From Planctomycetota bacterium (lineage in GTDB: Bacteria; Planctomycetota; Planctomycetia; JALXBF01): a stretch of DNA of 64,000 nucleotides. The position numbers and the translations under genes were made by a program. The DNA is taken from positions 1-64,000 of the forward strand of contig JALXBF010000191.1 in assembly GCA_026991575.1 (NCBI GenBank), read 5' to 3'. Shown here in pieces: positions 60,299-64,000 of the stretch (position 1 is its first letter; every line of letters begins with the position of its first letter). A model generated the notes under the pieces. The model was given only the letters and a program-made list of their open reading frames with translations. It made no database searches and was not told the DNA's origin.

Positions 60299-61450
60299 TT
60301 AGCTCAAGCCGGCAGCCTCTTGCAGTTCCTGCACGCGGTCTGTGCGTTCCCAGGTGAATTCCGGTTCGTTGCGGCCGAAGTGACCGCCGGCCGCGGTCTT
60401 GCGGTAGATGGGCCGCAGCAGGCCGAGGTGTTCGATGATGCCGCGTGGCGATAGCGGAAAGACTTCACGGACGATCTCCGCGAGCCGCTCGTCGGGTACC
60501 GCACCGGTGCCGAACGTGTTGACGGCAATGCTGACCGGATCGGCCACACCGATGGCGTAGGCCAGCTGGACTTCGCACCTTCGGGCTAGTTTGGCCGCTA
60601 CCAGGTTCTTGGCGATGTAGCGGGCCATGTACGTGGCGGACCGGTCCACCTTGGTTGGGTCTTTTCCGCTGAATGCGCCTCCCCCATGCCGTGCGCTGCC
60701 GCCGTAGGTGTCCACGATGATCTTGCGGCCGGTGACTCCGGTGTCCCCCTGCGGACCGCCGATGACGAACCGGCCAGTGGGGTTGATGTGCCAGATGATG
60801 TCCCCATTGACCAGGTCGTCTGGCAGGACGGGCCGCACGACCTGTTCGATCACCGTGTCACGAATCTCGCGGTCGCTGACATCCGGTGCGTGCTGCGTGG
60901 AGACGACCACCGTATGCACGCGGACCGGCTGGAAGCCCTCGTACTCAATGGTCACCTGGCTCTTGCCGTCCGGGCGAAGCCAGGGGATGGTGCCATTCTC
61001 GCGCAGTTCTGCCAACCGGTTCACGATCCGGTGAGCCAGGGCGATGGCCATCGGCATCAGCTCGTCGGTTTCGTCGCAGGCGAACCCGAACATCAGGCCC
61101 TGGTCGCCCGCACCGCCGGGATCCACCCCCCGCGCAATGTCCGGACTCTGCCGGTTCAGTGCCACCAGCACAGCGCATTGGTCACCGCTGAAGCCGTACG
61201 CAGGATCGGTGTAGCCGATCTCGTTGATGATCTGCCGCACCAGAGCGGTGTAGTTCACAGACGCGCTCGTGGTCACCTCGCCAGCGATCATTGCCAAGCC
61301 GGTGGTGACCAGCGTTTCGCAAGCCACACGGCCCGTGGGATCTTGTTCGAGGATTGCGTCCAAGACACCGTCGGAGATCTGGTCGGCGATCTTGTCCGGG
61401 TGGCCCTTCGTCACCGACTCGCTCGTGAACAGATAACGGTGGCTGCTCAC
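60299..61450 (-). CDS. metK: S-adenosylmethionine synthetase
   Basis: [71 protein letters not shown] start 61450. Confidence 0.98.
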   Translation of the reverse strand: MSSHRYLFTSESVTKGHPDKIADQISDGVLDAILEQDPTGRVACETLVTTGLAMIAGEVTTSASVNYTALVRQIINEIGYTDPAYGFSGDQCAVLVALNRQSPDIARGVDPGGAGDQGLMFGFACDETDELMPMAIALAHRIVNRLAELRENGTIPWLRPDGKSQVTIEYEGFQPVRVHTVVVSTQHAPDVSDREIRDTVIEQVVRPVLPDDLVNGDIIWHINPTGRFVIGGPQGDTGVTGRKIIVDTYGGSARHGGGAFSGKDPTKVDRSATYMARYIAKNLVAAKLARRCEVQLAYAIGVADPVSIAVNTFGTGAVPDERLAEIVREVFPLSPRGIIEHLGLLRPIYRKTAAGGHFGRNEPEFTWERTDRVQELQEAAGLS

Positions 61451-61516
61451 CGGTATTGCTCCCGAATCGCATGCACCAGAGAACCGGCCGGAATGGCGTG
61501 CTGCTTTAGGTCGCAA

Positions 61517-61545
61517 ATTATAGAAGTGCTCTCCGGGACCCTCAA
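61517..61545 (-). promoter_or_regulatory. Sigma70-type promoter of metK
   Basis: TTGAGG-N17-TATAAT on the minus strand. Confidence 0.6.
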
Positions 61546-62493
61546 TCAACGGCGCCCCGATAGGGCGAACCGGCGGCCGAGTCGGCAGAGCTGCTCGATG
61601 CCCTCGGCCAGTCTGGCCTGCGCCCGGTCGATTCGATCCATTGCATCTCGGTACTCACGCACACGGAGTTCCAGTTCCGTCGTCCCTGCCTGGGAGTGCA
61701 CGAGCGAATGCGACAGGGCGCGAATGGCCGGCTGGACCACGTCGTCGATCACTTTGAGCATCTCTCCGACAAGCTTCTCTTGCGCGAGGGCCAATTCGTG
61801 AGTCTGAACCAGTGCTTCGGCGCGTTCTGCTACATTGGCAAATGGCCGAATCAGGCCCTCGGCAGGAATCGCTTCCTCCGCAAGTCCCGCGGTGCTTGCG
61901 GCCGGCTGCTCTTGTTGCGCTGCGGTTTGGGCGGCGAGAATCTTCTGGGCGGCCTGCAACCCGTGACGTAACGACTCGTTGGCTGGGTCCACCTTGAGCC
62001 CTTCCTCGTAAGCAGCGGCGGCTTCGCGGAAGCGGGCCAGGTCGAAGAGGACGTTGCCGAGGTTCAGGTGTGCCGCGACAAGCTTCGGGTCTTTGCGAAT
62101 GGCTTCACGGAACGCCTCGGCCGCCAGGTCCAGGATCCCCTTTGCACGGTATGCCACCCCGAGGTTGTAATAGGCGTAGGCAGACTGCGGCGCAAGCTGC
62201 AGGCCCTTACGCAGGGCAGGGATGGCATCGTCGGGCTTGCCCATCAGCACATAGGCTACTCCCAGATTGATATGCGCCGCCGCGTTGCGCGGATCAAGCT
62301 CGGTGCAGGCCTGGAAATGATCCACCGCTGTCTGGTAATCGCCCAGCTTGCCCGACGCCAGCGCCAGGCCAAAGTAGGCGTCGGCGGAGCGAGGGTTTTG
62401 GGCGACTACTTGGGCGAACAACGCCTGCGCTGTGCGGAATGCGCCTTCGGCTAGTGCCTGCTGCGCGCGCTGGAGCAGAGCACCTTCGGTCAC
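61546..62493 (-). CDS. Tetratricopeptide repeat protein
   Basis: About 5 canonical TPRs (A..NLG..Y, LDP..A.A) plus a helical C-terminal domain. Confidence 0.88.
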   Translation of the reverse strand: MTEGALLQRAQQALAEGAFRTAQALFAQVVAQNPRSADAYFGLALASGKLGDYQTAVDHFQACTELDPRNAAAHINLGVAYVLMGKPDDAIPALRKGLQLAPQSAYAYYNLGVAYRAKGILDLAAEAFREAIRKDPKLVAAHLNLGNVLFDLARFREAAAAYEEGLKVDPANESLRHGLQAAQKILAAQTAAQQEQPAASTAGLAEEAIPAEGLIRPFANVAERAEALVQTHELALAQEKLVGEMLKVIDDVVQPAIRALSHSLVHSQAGTTELELRVREYRDAMDRIDRAQARLAEGIEQLCRLGRRFALSGRR

Positions 62494-62552
62494 AACGGCC
62501 CCCTATGACCCCGTGCAACTCGCACGTAGTCGCGCGGTTCACAACGACGCCG

Positions 62553-62774
62553 TCACTTCAGGCTGATCAGCCGTGCCCGGCCATCTTCGATAATCTCGAC
62601 TTTGTCCTCCCGGGCAAGCCAGCCGATTGCCAGCATAACCAGGTCGCGCGGCTCACCCAGCTCTAACGCCAGTTTGGTCAGACTCCGTGGCCCATGGTCG
62701 TGCAAGTGGTGCCAGACCTTGCCGGCCGTCTCACCAATGCGACCAATGAACGAAGTCATCGCTCCGGTGCTCAT
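62553..62774 (-). CDS. Small winged-helix protein (DUF2582 family)
   Basis: IGETAGKVW..L and AIGWLAREDK signature. Confidence 0.85.
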   Translation of the reverse strand: MSTGAMTSFIGRIGETAGKVWHHLHDHGPRSLTKLALELGEPRDLVMLAIGWLAREDKVEIIEDGRARLISLK

Positions 62775-63040
62775 CGGACCTTCTCCCTGTTCTCCTCAGC
62801 CAAACCTCCCTGGCCCGCGCATCGCCTGCGGCGCGTACCACGCTCCGGGCCGAGCGAGCCTGGTCCAAACCCCATTATAGCGGGCCCGGGCGGTAATACC
62901 AGCCGAAACGGGAGCCCGGACGTCCACGCTAACGCCAGCGATCCGAGCATCTTGCGCGCAAGCCCCTTCGGCTCGGCGCGGCTCGTGACGATGCCCTGGC
63001 TTGGCCCCAACGTTCCGAAATGCCCGCATGCAACGGTCGC

Positions 63041-64000
63041 TCAGGCAGTGCTTCCGTCCTGGTCTGCCGGCTCAGCCAACGCCAGATTGTCTCGATGGAT
63101 GACCTCCTCATACGCGGTGCGGCCCAGTAAGGCGCGTACCTTCGCGCTGCGGAGCCCTCGGATGCGGGCAAGCTCCACTGCACTGTAGTTGGTCAGCCCG
63201 CGCGCGATTTCTCGGCCCGACGGGTCACAGATCGCCACCGGGTCACCGGCTCGAAAGTCGCCTTCCACGCGGCGTACTCCGACAGGCAGCAGGCTCCGTC
63301 CCTGACGGAGCAGGGCGCGTGCCGCGCCTTCGTCAACGTACACACGCCCGCGCGGCCGCACTGAAAACGCCAGCCACCGCTTTCGGGCACTGAGTGTTCG
63401 CCCGTGGGGCAGGAACAATGTCCCCACCGGCTCGCCGGCGAGGATCCGCTGGATGATTCCCCGCCGCAGGCCGTTGGCCAGGATCACCGATTCCCCGGCA
63501 GCCATACAGATCCGCGCAGCTTCCAGCTTGGTCTGCATGCCCCCGGTGCCAAAGCGCGATGAGCTCGGGCCAGCCAGCGCGCGAATCGCCGAATTGATCC
63601 GTGGCACAAGACGGATGACGTTGCCAGCTCCAGTCGACCGAGCTGCCTTCCCGGGCGGCGTGGCGAGCAGGCCGTCGACCGTGGAGAGCATGATCAGCAG
63701 CGGGGCTCGAATGAGCGTGGTCACAAGCGCAGCCAACCGATCGTTGTCTCCGAAGCGCAGCTCCTCGACGCTAACCGTGTCGTTCTCGTTGATGATCGGG
63801 ATGGTTCCCCAATCCAGCAACGTGCAGATCGTGTTGCGGATGTTCAGGTAGCGGGTGCGGTTGGCGAAGTCGGCTGCCGTCAGCAGGAGCTGGGCCACGT
63901 GATAGCCCTGCCGGCCAAAGGCCCGCTCGTATGCCTGGATCAGGTGGCTCTGGCCCACGGCAGCCGCCGCTTGCAGCCGTGCCAGGTCTGTTGGCCGCTG
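63041..64000 (-). CDS. proB: Glutamate 5-kinase with PUA domain; N-terminus lies beyond the right edge
   Basis: QAAAAVGQ, AQLLLT, IPIINENDTV, FGDND.L, GTGGM.TK, RKRW, SLLPVG, ARGL.NY, IHRDNL. Confidence 0.96.
   Translation of the reverse strand, partial: QRPTDLARLQAAAAVGQSHLIQAYERAFGRQGYHVAQLLLTAADFANRTRYLNIRNTICTLLDWGTIPIINENDTVSVEELRFGDNDRLAALVTTLIRAPLLIMLSTVDGLLATPPGKAARSTGAGNVIRLVPRINSAIRALAGPSSSRFGTGGMQTKLEAARICMAAGESVILANGLRRGIIQRILAGEPVGTLFLPHGRTLSARKRWLAFSVRPRGRVYVDEGAARALLRQGRSLLPVGVRRVEGDFRAGDPVAICDPSGREIARGLTNYSAVELARIRGLRSAKVRALLGRTAYEEVIHRDNLALAEPADQDGSTA

Noticed and set aside
61451..61516. SAM riboswitch upstream of metK
   Set aside because: The leader after the predicted promoter is only ~60 nt and lacks recognisable SAM-I, II, III or SAM-SAH signatures.

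Overview
GC-rich, gene-dense bacterial chromosomal segment, very probably from a planctomycete. The lineage call rests on a DUF1549/DUF1553 protein, a DUF1559 prepilin-like protein with an H-X9-DG motif, a TPR + FG-GAP/ASPIC pair, two FHA proteins and a Ser/Thr kinase. The organism may be thermophilic, since it carries a BpsA-type branched-chain polyamine synthase. About 50 CDSs are present: an E. coli-type fumarate reductase operon (frdABCD), the glycine cleavage cluster (gcvT-H-PA-PB plus a LipM/LplA-family gene), a MoxR-DUF58-Bat(VWA/TPR) operon, queF-radical SAM-PHP hydrolase, rodA/ftsW, an ECF sigma/anti-sigma pair, prs, comM, queC, a TIGR03960-type radical SAM, a short glmU, asnB, an SLC13/TrkA-C permease, metK and a partial proB. 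I found no rRNA, tRNA, CRISPR array, integrase or transposase. The best leads are: (1) a candidate Na+/Li+-riboswitch-like leader between a clear sigma70 promoter and the SLC13 permease; (2) queF overlapping an uncharacterised radical SAM gene; (3) bpsA with a hairpin burying its Shine-Dalgarno; (4) a shared ECF-type promoter motif suggesting a small regulon; (5) the heme-less Frd. All family calls come from motif recognition by eye, not database searches, and many start codons were adjusted from the ORF track using RBS position.
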